The notes beneath the pieces are model-generated. The model ran no database searches, was not told where the DNA came from, and worked only from the letters and a program-made list of their open reading frames with translations. Source: a virus. From it: a stretch of 64,000 nt of DNA. The position numbers and the translations under genes were made by a program. The DNA lies in IMG/VR virus record IMGVR_UViG_3300042878_001497, positions 109,416-173,415 of that record; one strand, given 5' to 3'. Positions 47,279-56,502 of the stretch are shown here, one piece after another (the stretch's first letter is position 1; every line of letters starts with the position of its first letter).

Positions 47279-47857
47279 ATGGCAAATCTCTTAATTGAAT
47301 ATACCCCCTTCCGTCCTACGATCACCGAGTCCGTCAAAAGACCCGGTATCTTTGAGGTGACAGGTGTTATGCAGAGAGCCGGAAAGAAGAACCAAAACGG
47401 AAGAATCTACGAAAGAGCTATCCTCGATAGAGAGGTTAAGAAGTACATGGAAGCTTTCGTTAAAGTAGGTAACGCATACGGTGAACTAGATCACCCAGAA
47501 TCTCCAATTGTATCACTAAAGAATGCTTCACACGTTGTGAAGGATTTATGGTGGGATGGAGATGATCTAATGGGTAAGGTTGAGCTACTCAACACCCCGG
47601 CCGGTAACATCGTAAAAGAAATCATCAAAGGCGGACACACAATCGGTATCTCTTCTAGAGGTACAGGTTCAGTCCAGCCAATTGGTGAGAACACCCTAAT
47701 GGTTAAAGACGATTTTGAATTGGTGTGCTGGGATTTCGTATCGAATCCTTCTACACACGGAGCATTTCTAAACCCCGTCTCTTTAAATGAAACAAAGCAA
47801 GTTGTAGACCGCTACAGCAAGCTTCATAACATTATCGGAGACATTTTAAGAGCATAA
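47279..47857 (+). CDS. gp21: prohead protease (T4 gp21-like)
   Basis: NQNGRIY, GELDHP, ASH, TPAG, GISSRGTGS, DFVSNPST. Confidence 0.96.
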   Translation: MANLLIEYTPFRPTITESVKRPGIFEVTGVMQRAGKKNQNGRIYERAILDREVKKYMEAFVKVGNAYGELDHPESPIVSLKNASHVVKDLWWDGDDLMGKVELLNTPAGNIVKEIIKGGHTIGISSRGTGSVQPIGENTLMVKDDFELVCWDFVSNPSTHGAFLNPVSLNETKQVVDRYSKLHNIIGDILRA

Positions 47858-47880
47858 AACTAAAAAAAAAGTAAAAGAAG

Positions 47881-48177
47881 ATGGAAAACTTTGATTTAAA
47901 AAAATTCTTAGTAGAGAATAAGCTTACTGATAATTCTAAGGAATTATTAGAATATGATATTAAATCGACCGGTGAGGAAGAAATTATCTACGAAGTAGAG
48001 GTACTTGATGAAGACGGTAAAATAAAGTCCTATACTAAACTTAGCGCCGAGAAGTTTGACCTGTACATAAAAAATAGCCCCCTACCAGTAACAATCAAAT
48101 TCAAAAACAGAACAGTAAGAGCTGTTACGAAAATCACAGGAGTCACTGACGATATGGGTCGTCCGATGAACCTATAG
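47881..48177 (+). CDS. hypothetical head-module protein
   Basis: MENFDLKKFLVENKL...LLE leader. Confidence 0.55.
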   Translation: MENFDLKKFLVENKLTDNSKELLEYDIKSTGEEEIIYEVEVLDEDGKIKSYTKLSAEKFDLYIKNSPLPVTIKFKNRTVRAVTKITGVTDDMGRPMNL

Positions 48178-48210
48178 TAAACCCAAACCCTAATTTTAAT
48201 TATATTTGTT

Positions 48211-48384
48211 ATGACATCACAAGAGTTATTCGAAAAAATTGATGCCCTGTACCAGGAATTCGTTTCTAATCACAACAAAGAGACTAAGGCCGCTAAAGCA
48301 AGAGCCCGTAAGAATCTAGGAGAGATTAAAAAACTTGTTACCGAATACAGAAAAGTTTCAACTGCTGAAAGTAAGGCAAAGTAA
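48211..48384 (+). CDS. histone H1-like (Hc1-family-like) small DNA-binding protein (not in ORF track)
   Basis: MTSQELFEKIDALYQEF...TKAAKARARKNLGEIKKLVTEYRKVS resembles the KAA..RARK...L.KL..E.RK.S pattern. Confidence 0.65.
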   Translation: MTSQELFEKIDALYQEFVSNHNKETKAAKARARKNLGEIKKLVTEYRKVSTAESKAK

Positions 48385-48506
48385 TGGCAAAGTCAGCCAA
48401 GAGAAGACAAGCCGCTTTCAAGCCCTTAAGTAGAAAATCTCAGGTTAAATTCAAAAAAAGAATGCAGACCAATAACGAGATCTTAAGCAAGTTAGAAGCT
48501 AAATAA
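48384..48506 (+). CDS. 40-aa basic peptide (not in ORF track)
   Basis: TAATG overlap; MAKSAKRRQAAFKPLSRKSQVKFKKRMQTNNEILSKLEAK. Confidence 0.55.
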   Translation: MAKSAKRRQAAFKPLSRKSQVKFKKRMQTNNEILSKLEAK

Positions 48507-48532
48507 AACTCCCTCGGGCGCTACCTTGGGCA

Positions 48533-48560
48533 CCTCGGTCGAAAGGCCGGGGTTTTTTTG
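48533..48560 (+). terminator. intrinsic terminator
   Basis: CCTCGGTC-GAAA-GGCCGGGG followed by T7. Confidence 0.85.
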
Positions 48561-48679
48561 TTTTTGTAACTCATATGTATTTATATACGAATATATCGTC
48601 ACAGATACGATATCGAATGTAAACAAACTACATTACACCCCCACAAATTTAATGGGTGTACAAATCCAAAGTTAACAAC

Positions 48680-50035
48680 ATGGCTAACAAAGATTTATTT
48701 AAGCAGGCTATTGCCGATGCTAAGTCTATTCGTGAAGCTGCCATTGCTAATGCTAAACTTGCTTTGGAAGAGTCTCTAACTCCTCAATTGAAAGAGCTTC
48801 TAGCTCAACGTCTCGCTGAGATGGAAGAAGAGGAAGCACCTGCCGCTGTAATTTCTGAAGAAGAAGTAACAGAGGAAGTAGCTGAAGAGTCTCTTGAAGA
48901 AGCAATCGGACCAGACGGCCTACGGGCTGTTGCCGAAGCAGAAGAAGAAGGCGCTGAAGAAGAAGGCGAAGAAGAAGGTGAAGAAGCTGGCGAAGAAGCC
49001 GAGGGTGACTCTGAAGAATCAGAGGACGAGGCAGAAGAAGAGGTTGGTGAGATGAGCGTTGATGACCTTAAGGACTTAATCCGCGACGTACTTATGCAAG
49101 TAATGGGCGACAAGGAAGCAGGACAAGAGGACGAACTAGAGGCTGGTGCTGAGGAAATGGGTGCTGAAGATATGACCGCTGTAACTGATACAGAGATCAA
49201 TATCGACGAACTTATGGCCGAGCTAGCTCTTATCAATGACCCAGAAGGACCTACAGCACACGGTAACATTCCGGAGGCTAAGAAAGAAGCAGATCCACTT
49301 GCTGAAGCTGCAGTAAACGAATTAATGGGCTACCTAAAAGCCGAAGTTAAGCAGACTGTAGGTGCTTTTGCTGAACGCAAAGGTATGACTCTACAAGAGG
49401 TGATGACGGAGATGGCTAAGTACGGTGCATCCGTTGATATGAAAGAAGTTGCTAAGATGCTTGAAGCTGCTCACGGATTAGGTGAGGCTGCTTGCAACAG
49501 AGTAATGGAAAGACTTATCACAACTCCTGTAGCTACTGCTCCCGCAATGGAAGAAAGCGCTGAGGATGTAATTGAAAAAATTAAAAGTATGGGCAAAGAC
49601 GCTGCTAAAGCAGTCGTTAAAGCAGTTACTGATTTTATTGACTACACACCACTTGATCCAAGAAACCGATACGAAAGCGCTGACATACAGGAAGCTCTAT
49701 CTACCATCGAAACTCTCCGTAACGAATTAAACGAGACTAACTTGCTTAACGCTAAGTTACTCTACGTAAACAAAGTGTTCAAGGCTAACAACTTGACTGA
49801 AGGTCAGAAAGCAAACGTAATCGCTACTTTCGATAAGGCTGAAACAGTTAAGGAAGTTAAGCTAGTATACGAAACAGTTAGTAACAACGTTACTGCTGGA
49901 GGTAAGAAAGAAGTAGTGAAGGAAGCCAAGGGCTTTGCTTCAGCTGCTGCAGGAATCTCTACCAAGCCAGAAGTAATCACTGAAACTAATGCGGCTGTAC
50001 TGCGTATGCAAAAACTTGCAGGTATTATTAAATAA
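48680..50035 (+). CDS. gp22: prohead scaffolding/core protein (gp22-like)
   Basis: Acidic coiled coil with many LxE sites, directly upstream of MCP; ends RMQKLAGIIK; start revised to MANKDLF. Confidence 0.8.
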   Translation: MANKDLFKQAIADAKSIREAAIANAKLALEESLTPQLKELLAQRLAEMEEEEAPAAVISEEEVTEEVAEESLEEAIGPDGLRAVAEAEEEGAEEEGEEEGEEAGEEAEGDSEESEDEAEEEVGEMSVDDLKDLIRDVLMQVMGDKEAGQEDELEAGAEEMGAEDMTAVTDTEINIDELMAELALINDPEGPTAHGNIPEAKKEADPLAEAAVNELMGYLKAEVKQTVGAFAERKGMTLQEVMTEMAKYGASVDMKEVAKMLEAAHGLGEAACNRVMERLITTPVATAPAMEESAEDVIEKIKSMGKDAAKAVVKAVTDFIDYTPLDPRNRYESADIQEALSTIETLRNELNETNLLNAKLLYVNKVFKANNLTEGQKANVIATFDKAETVKEVKLVYETVSNNVTAGGKKEVVKEAKGFASAAAGISTKPEVITETNAAVLRMQKLAGIIK

Positions 50036-50052
50036 AAACCCAAATTTCAAAC

Positions 50053-51630
50053 ATGGAATTAAATTCTCTTTTAAACGAATCAGCACAGGGCTTCAAGTCT
50101 CTGCAAGCTGATGCTGCTAGACTCGCTGACAAGTGGTCTGCAACTGGTCTTCTTGAGGGTCTTGGCAACGAGATCGACAAGAACAATATGTCTATGATCC
50201 TTGAGAACCAGGCAAAACAAATCATCAAGGAATCCAACGCTACCAATGCTAACGGCGGAGCCGAGCAGTGGGCTGGTGTTGCTCTACCGCTTGTAAGAAA
50301 GGTATTCGCTCAGATCGCTGCTAAAGATTTCGTATCTGTACAGCCTATGAACCTTCCTTCAGGTCTTGTATTCTATCTTGACTTCAAGTACGGTACTACT
50401 GCTAACGGAAGAACTGACGGTGACAATATGTACGGTAACGTATCTACTGCTAACAACAAGATGTCTGTAGACGAGGAAGTTTCTGGCGGCCTTTACGGTG
50501 CTGGTCAATTCGGCTACACTATCAACTCAGCTTCTTTAGCTATCACTCAATCTACTGGTGCTGCTACTTCAGCTTCTATCGGATACCGTGACGAACTAGC
50601 TGGAACTTTATTCAAGACTGTATCAGTTTCTGCTGCTAGCTTCACAGCCCCAGATCTTAAGGGTGTAAGAGCTTTCCGTCTTCGTTCTGGTTCAACTGAC
50701 GTAACTAACTACCCAGAATTCACTACTTACGACGGTACTAACATTATCTTCGTAGTTAAAGCTAGCGACCTTTCTGTAACTGGAGAAATCACTGGATCAG
50801 TAATGTACCACAAGCAGCCTACTGACACTACTAGAGGTGACTTCGAATTCACTGGTGGTGTTGACGACAGAAGCCCAGCTATCCCTGAGATCAACGTATC
50901 TCTTGCTTCTGAGGCTATCGTTGCTAAGACTAGAAAGCTTAAAGCTCAATGGTCTCCAGAATTCGCTCAAGACTTGAACGCTTACCACAGCATCGATGCT
51001 GAGGCCGAGCTTACCTCACTTCTATCAGAGTACATCTCTATGGAAATCGATCTTGAGCTTCTTGACATGCTTATCCAAGACGCAGTTACTACTGAGCGTT
51101 GGTCAGCTGAGAACAACAAAGTGTGGAATGCCACTACTGGCTTGTGGTCTACTGCTACTGCAGACTTCTACAACACTCAAGGTCAGTGGTTCCAAACTCT
51201 TGGTACTAAGGTCCAGAAGGTGTCTAACAAGATCCACCAGAAGACTCTACGTGGCGGTGCAAACTTCCTAGTAGTTTCTCCGACTGTTGCAACTATCCTC
51301 GAGTCAATCCCAGGATATGCTGCTGATACAAACGGAGACAAGATGGACTTCGCAATGGGCGTACAGAAGGTAGGTCAGCTTAACAGCCGCTTCCGCGTAT
51401 ACAAGAACCCATACATGACTGAGAACGTAATCCTTATGGGCTACAGAGGTTCACAGTTCCTAGAGACTGGTGCGGTTTACGCTCCTTACATCCCTCTAAT
51501 GATGACTCCATTAGTGTACGATCCTGCTAACTTCACTCCAACGAAGGGCATCATGACTCGTTACGCTAAGAAGATGATCCGTCCAGAATTCTACGGTAAG
51601 ATCTACGTTTCTGACGTAGCTACTATCTAA
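50053..51630 (+). CDS. gp23: major capsid protein (T4 gp23-like)
   Basis: LPLVRK, VSVQPMNLPSGLVFYL, AKTRKLKAQWSPEFAQDL, YAPYIPL, FTPTKGIMTRY. Confidence 0.97.
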   Translation: MELNSLLNESAQGFKSLQADAARLADKWSATGLLEGLGNEIDKNNMSMILENQAKQIIKESNATNANGGAEQWAGVALPLVRKVFAQIAAKDFVSVQPMNLPSGLVFYLDFKYGTTANGRTDGDNMYGNVSTANNKMSVDEEVSGGLYGAGQFGYTINSASLAITQSTGAATSASIGYRDELAGTLFKTVSVSAASFTAPDLKGVRAFRLRSGSTDVTNYPEFTTYDGTNIIFVVKASDLSVTGEITGSVMYHKQPTDTTRGDFEFTGGVDDRSPAIPEINVSLASEAIVAKTRKLKAQWSPEFAQDLNAYHSIDAEAELTSLLSEYISMEIDLELLDMLIQDAVTTERWSAENNKVWNATTGLWSTATADFYNTQGQWFQTLGTKVQKVSNKIHQKTLRGGANFLVVSPTVATILESIPGYAADTNGDKMDFAMGVQKVGQLNSRFRVYKNPYMTENVILMGYRGSQFLETGAVYAPYIPLMMTPLVYDPANFTPTKGIMTRYAKKMIRPEFYGKIYVSDVATI

Positions 51631-51653
51631 TAGAACTCGGATAGAGAAACAAG

Positions 51654-51681
51654 GAGGGGCTTTCGGGCCCCTCTTTTTTTT
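51654..51681 (+). terminator. intrinsic terminator after MCP
   Basis: GAGGGGC-TTTCGG-GCCCCTC followed by T8. Confidence 0.9.
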
Positions 51682-51718
51682 ATCCCTATTTATAGGTGTA
51701 TAACCTAACGTTACATTT

Positions 51719-52405
51719 ATGGCCTCAAACCACCACGAAGACGAGATCTTCAAAGCAAAGAGACGCCCCAAGAATCCTATCAAGTTTAATATCACTCTAA
51801 ATGAGGAACAGAAGGCTGCCAAAGAGGTCATTCTGTCTAACCCCGTAACTGTCTTAAGAGGCATGGCCGGATCAGGTAAAACATTAGTGGCAGTTCAAAC
51901 TGCACTTGATTTACTATTTACCGGGGAAGTCGAAAAAATTATTATCACCCGTCCAACTGTATCGAAAGAAGATATCGGATTCTTACCCGGTGACATCAGA
52001 GAAAAGATGGACCCGTGGCTTGCTCCGATCTATCACAACCTTTACCTGTTATACGATAAGGTGAAAGTCGACCGTGAGGTAGAAGACGGAAGGATAGAGA
52101 TTCTACCCTTCGCGTTTATGAGAGGTAGGACTTTTATCAATGCATTTGTGATTGTGGATGAAGCCCAGAACGTAACCCACACCCAGATGGAGATGGTGCT
52201 AGGAAGATTAGGTAAAAATAGCTGGATGTCAATCTGCGGAGATATCGCCCAGATCGATCTTAAAGTCAAAAAAGAGACAGGTCTTTCTTTCTTAACTCGA
52301 GTTGAAGAGCAGGTTAAGGGCGTACGTGTTGTTACCCTTAAACAGAACCACAGACACCCAATCGTTGAACCGATCTTAAAGGTATACGAGACATTTAGGG
52401 ATTAA
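51719..52405 (+). CDS. phoH: PhoH-family ATPase
   Basis: GMAGSGKT, IGFLPG, FMRGRTF, DEAQN, GDIAQIDL, HRHP. Confidence 0.96.
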   Translation: MASNHHEDEIFKAKRRPKNPIKFNITLNEEQKAAKEVILSNPVTVLRGMAGSGKTLVAVQTALDLLFTGEVEKIIITRPTVSKEDIGFLPGDIREKMDPWLAPIYHNLYLLYDKVKVDREVEDGRIEILPFAFMRGRTFINAFVIVDEAQNVTHTQMEMVLGRLGKNSWMSICGDIAQIDLKVKKETGLSFLTRVEEQVKGVRVVTLKQNHRHPIVEPILKVYETFRD

Positions 52406-52437
52406 AGCGCAAATCCTATTTATTATAAATCTCTCTC

Positions 52438-52818
52438 ATGGCTGCAGGCAAATACTCATTCACAGTTGAACAGGGCTCTACCACAAGCTTCCAGGTTGTA
52501 TACAAAGATGCAAACGGAACTCCGGTAAATCTATCCGGATATCATGCCCGTATGCAGATCAGAGAAACTATTGGCTCGTCTACAATTATCGGCCGTCTCT
52601 CTAGTTCTTTAGATGCTGATGGAACAGGCCTGAATCTTAGCGGATCAGCCGGAACTCTACCTCTATCTTCAGGATCAATCGGAGTTTATATCTCAGCAGC
52701 TTCTTCATCAGGTTTTACTTTTGATACAGCAGTTTATGATTTAGAGCTAGTAACAGGTATTACAGTTACAAGGCTACTTCAAGGAACTATTAAATTAGAT
52801 AAAGAAGTAACCCGATGA
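52438..52818 (+). CDS. virion structural protein (BppU-N-like)
   Basis: EQGST...PVNLSGYHARMQIR...AVYDLEL...RLLQG. Confidence 0.65.
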   Translation: MAAGKYSFTVEQGSTTSFQVVYKDANGTPVNLSGYHARMQIRETIGSSTIIGRLSSSLDADGTGLNLSGSAGTLPLSSGSIGVYISAASSSGFTFDTAVYDLELVTGITVTRLLQGTIKLDKEVTR

Positions 52819-54035
52819 GTTTAACAGTACAGGTTAGCGGAACCGACTTATCAGTATCTCAAACAGGTACTACCGCAGTAACAGTATCGTCTACAGGAAT
52901 TGTTGGAGCTACTGGAGCTACAGGTGTCCAAGGTGTACAAGGTACAACAGGTAACCAGGGCGTACAGGGAATACAAGGTATACAAGGAACCCAAGGAATA
53001 CAGGGTAACAACGGTACAGGAACCCAAGGAATTCAAGGTACTTCAGGAACCGGCACTCAAGGAATTCAAGGTACACAAGGTACATCAGGAGCAAGTGACT
53101 GGAACAGTATCAGCAGCAAGCCAGCCGGACTAGTATCTGGATCTTCCCAGATCAACGGTACACAGATTACAAATAACAGTATTGCTCTAGGAAATACCGG
53201 TATTAGTTTAGGAAACACTCCTTCTTTTCCGTTTTATATCAACGGAGTTAGTTTAGTAGATTCTACAGCTACAGGATCATTTACAGGGTCTTTTAAAGGA
53301 GATGGATCAGGACTTACTGGAATAACAGGAACATCTGCATTTCCATACTCAGGAACAGCTCAAATCACAGGATCGTTAGAGATACTTAACACAGGATCTA
53401 ATGCCATCACAACAACCAGTGACGGAGGTATTAAAGTTGTAAGACATTCAAGCGCTTTTGGATTCCCGAACACAGCATGGGGCGGGTATTTATACCCGTT
53501 AGTTGCTAGATCGCTATACAACCAAGCCGGCAGTACCTTCGGAACAACTAAAAACCCGGTAGTATTACAGCCACTCAGCACCGCCCAGGACATTGCACTA
53601 GCGACCGTAAACCACGGAGTAAACGTATTTGTTTCTGCAAGTAACGAAATTTATTTAGGATTCGGTAGTAATTCTCCTGCAAAAAACTATATAAGAGACT
53701 TACTAGTAATGAGCGGATCATTACAGGGAAGTGTCAGTCCGCTGACTATAACTTCTTCTACTGCGTCTCTAAATATGTCTGCATCAAATTTCTTCACTTT
53801 GCAACTAGCAGCAGGAAGTAACACACACGTTAATGTTAGTGGACAGCAACCAGGACAGACAGTAAACCTTAGAATCAACACAGGAGGTTCAGGAACAGTA
53901 ACTTTTAACTCAGCTGTTAAACAAGTCAGCGGCTCAAGCTACACTCCTACAGCCGGAACCGGAGTTGACATTGTATCCCTTATTACATTCGATTCTACCG
54001 ACGTATATTTAGCTAACGTTAAGAACCTGATTTAA
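52815..54035 (+). CDS. fibre protein with short collagen-like segment
   Basis: GATGATGVQGVQGTTGNQG... followed by beta-rich domains. Confidence 0.7.
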   Translation: MSLTVQVSGTDLSVSQTGTTAVTVSSTGIVGATGATGVQGVQGTTGNQGVQGIQGIQGTQGIQGNNGTGTQGIQGTSGTGTQGIQGTQGTSGASDWNSISSKPAGLVSGSSQINGTQITNNSIALGNTGISLGNTPSFPFYINGVSLVDSTATGSFTGSFKGDGSGLTGITGTSAFPYSGTAQITGSLEILNTGSNAITTTSDGGIKVVRHSSAFGFPNTAWGGYLYPLVARSLYNQAGSTFGTTKNPVVLQPLSTAQDIALATVNHGVNVFVSASNEIYLGFGSNSPAKNYIRDLLVMSGSLQGSVSPLTITSSTASLNMSASNFFTLQLAAGSNTHVNVSGQQPGQTVNLRINTGGSGTVTFNSAVKQVSGSSYTPTAGTGVDIVSLITFDSTDVYLANVKNLI

Positions 54036-54514
54036 TGTTTGTTCCGTTTGCATTTAGGCAACAGCCAGCACCGGTACAGGTTATAACCCCGCCAATCGGA
54101 CCTACGTTTTCACAACTCTTTACTCAAAACCAGGCTCCCTCTACCGCAGTTGAGACAGCATGGAATACTTTTAGAGCAAGCTTAACAGGTACGTACACCT
54201 CCTTTACATGGTCTAGTACTAACGGCAATAGCTTAACTGTCACACATCCAACTCACGTACAGACTCTAGCAAACGGACTGAGGAACGCAACCAACGGAAC
54301 TGTAGTGGCAATTGATACAGTTTTTTGGAGAGTTGGGACTGGGTGCGGAACCCCGAAAATCGGCGGAGTAGCTGTTGAGTTCTCGAATACTGCTTCCTGC
54401 AGTGCTACTAGTACCTACGCTTTGAGACCTATGATTAATAATCAGAACTGGGGTGGTACAAATGAATACACTGTTAACGCCCCTACACAGACGATAACTT
54501 TGACTTTTTTCTAA
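54035..54514 (+). CDS. small fibre-associated beta protein
   Basis: Translationally coupled to the fibre gene; Thr/Asn-rich with two Cys. Confidence 0.5.
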   Translation: MFVPFAFRQQPAPVQVITPPIGPTFSQLFTQNQAPSTAVETAWNTFRASLTGTYTSFTWSSTNGNSLTVTHPTHVQTLANGLRNATNGTVVAIDTVFWRVGTGCGTPKIGGVAVEFSNTASCSATSTYALRPMINNQNWGGTNEYTVNAPTQTITLTFF

Positions 54515-54566
54515 AAGGTACTCATACACAGTAGGTGTACAAAGTTGCTATTTATAAAGAAAAAGC

Positions 54567-55709
54567 ATGGCTGACGTAACAATCTGGACCGGTACTAGTA
54601 CATTCTTTCCAGGAGAAACACCTTTTGGCTTTTATGACAGCGACACACAGTTTCAAGCTGATGCCGATAAGGTAGCTTCATTTTGTGCCACCCGCTTAGG
54701 ATATCCTCTGATGGATGTAGAGCTTCAGGCTAGATCTTTTTATGCCTGTTTTGAAGAAGCAGTAACAACTTACGGCAACGAAGTATTCCAGTATAAAGTA
54801 AGAGAGAACTATCTCTCAATGGAAGGAGCTTCTTCAGCCGGATCTTTTAATAACACCTTAGTTCAACCTTCATTAGACAGAGTAATTCAAATCTCTCAGA
54901 ACTACGGTACTGAAGCCGGTGTTGGAGGAAGTATAGAGAAGTACTCTGGACTATTACAGCTTTCCTCTAGCGTACAGACTTATGATTTAGACGCATGGGC
55001 AACATCACAAGGCATCACCGGAGGAATTGAAATTGTAAAAGTTTACTACGAAGCACCTCCTGCAATCCTTCGCTACTTTGACCCGTATGCAGGAACCGGT
55101 ACCGGTATCCAATCTTTAATGGATGCATTTGACTTTGGTTCATACTCACCAGGTATCAACTTCCTTTTAATGCCAGCATACTATGATATGCTGAAAGTAC
55201 AGGCAATCGAGTTTAACGATCAGATTAGAAAATCTTCTTATAGCTTTGAATTAATAGGAAACAAGCTTTCAATCTTACCAGTTCCTAGAGAAAGACTAGC
55301 AATCAGAATTGATTACTTCAAGAGATCAGAAAGAACAGCTGCAGTATCAGGTTCAGGAGCAGGTCTAATTACCAACGTAGGAGAAGTTCCTTACGATAAC
55401 CCAACCTACACAGGAATCAACTCAGTAGGTCGTCAGTGGATCTACCGGTATGCTTTAGCTCTATCAAAAGAACTTTTAGGATATATCAGAGGAAAGTACC
55501 AGCAGGTACCGGTTCCGGGTTCAAACACAACCCTAAACCAGGCCGATCTTCTTACAGATGCTAGAACAGAAAAAACTGAATTGCTTACTCAATTAAGAGA
55601 CATGCTTGAGCAAACCTCAAGACGTAATCAGCTTGAAAGAAAAGCTAACGAAAGTGAATTTATAAAAACAACACTTCAGAGTGTTCCAATGACTATCTTT
55701 GTAGGATGA
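54567..55709 (+). CDS. gp13: neck/head-tail adaptor (gp13-like)
   Basis: RLGYPLMDVEL...; QWIYRYALALSKELLGYIRGKY...VPG..TTLN... Confidence 0.85.
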   Translation: MADVTIWTGTSTFFPGETPFGFYDSDTQFQADADKVASFCATRLGYPLMDVELQARSFYACFEEAVTTYGNEVFQYKVRENYLSMEGASSAGSFNNTLVQPSLDRVIQISQNYGTEAGVGGSIEKYSGLLQLSSSVQTYDLDAWATSQGITGGIEIVKVYYEAPPAILRYFDPYAGTGTGIQSLMDAFDFGSYSPGINFLLMPAYYDMLKVQAIEFNDQIRKSSYSFELIGNKLSILPVPRERLAIRIDYFKRSERTAAVSGSGAGLITNVGEVPYDNPTYTGINSVGRQWIYRYALALSKELLGYIRGKYQQVPVPGSNTTLNQADLLTDARTEKTELLTQLRDMLEQTSRRNQLERKANESEFIKTTLQSVPMTIFVG

Positions 55710-56020
55710 TTACACTAGAGCAGTTACTAAGCGAGGTAGAATTTAGGATGTACAAAACGTACGTATACGTTGAGTTCAATCCCGAGACAGATATTACTAC
55801 TGTCGCACAGCTTATTAGAAGCGTAGACAAGGTTGCAGTTGTAAACAATAAATCGAATAAGGAAGACCCTAGACCTAGAGGTCTGCTATTGATTAAAATT
55901 ATTACAACTAAGCCAGCCCTTGAGACGTTCCAAGAAGTTCAGAAAGCAGCAATGACTGCTATTCCTGATCTCAAAAAATTTCAATTCTCTGAACGCCACA
56001 TAGAACAGTCAGAGATATGA
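55706..56020 (+). CDS. hypothetical protein, putative head cargo
   Basis: N-terminus MITLEQLLSE. Confidence 0.5.
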   Translation: MITLEQLLSEVEFRMYKTYVYVEFNPETDITTVAQLIRSVDKVAVVNNKSNKEDPRPRGLLLIKIITTKPALETFQEVQKAAMTAIPDLKKFQFSERHIEQSEI

Positions 56021-56502
56021 GCTTATTCGGCAGTCAAAGAGACTTTGCTCTTATTCGACATATGAATAGAGAGATCATCCAGGACATCATCCAGCAGGAA
56101 ATCGCTTACTATAAATTTTCTCTGGTAGATACTCAAGCTAACATTTACGGGGAGTCTTTAGAAAAAACTTTCTACGGACCTTTACTCTTTAACTGCCTTG
56201 TTACTAGAGGAGATCAGACTATGACTGCTGATGAATTTGGAGGAGATCTAACCAGAGAGAGTTCATTTGCTTTCCTAAGAGATGATCTAGTAGATAAACA
56301 GTTAGTACCGGAAGTAGGAGATATTATAATGTGGCAGGAGGACTACTACGAAGTAGATAACGTTAGCGAGAATGAGCTATTCTGGGGTAAAGATCCTTCC
56401 TACAACTACGGTAGAAGTTCTGACTACGGTACTAGTGTTTCTATCATCTGTAAAGCACACCTAACAAGAGCAGACAAGCTCGGTATAACTACAGTTAGAT
56501 AA
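56017..56502 (+). CDS. gp14: neck/head-closure protein (gp14-like)
   Basis: NIYGES..K.F, PEVGDII.W...YYEV; position after gp13. Confidence 0.75.
   Translation: MSLFGSQRDFALIRHMNREIIQDIIQQEIAYYKFSLVDTQANIYGESLEKTFYGPLLFNCLVTRGDQTMTADEFGGDLTRESSFAFLRDDLVDKQLVPEVGDIIMWQEDYYEVDNVSENELFWGKDPSYNYGRSSDYGTSVSIICKAHLTRADKLGITTVR

Noticed and set aside
48805-49269. Ser-rich minus-strand ORF (and similar minus ORFs such as 58276-58752 and 63401-63970)
   Set aside because: These are antisense shadows of Glu-rich, Gly/Thr-rich or collagen + strand genes and have no promoter or leader motif.
41833-51630. Introns or inteins in TerL, portal or MCP
   Set aside because: The ORFs are continuous and of expected size, with no intein splice motifs.
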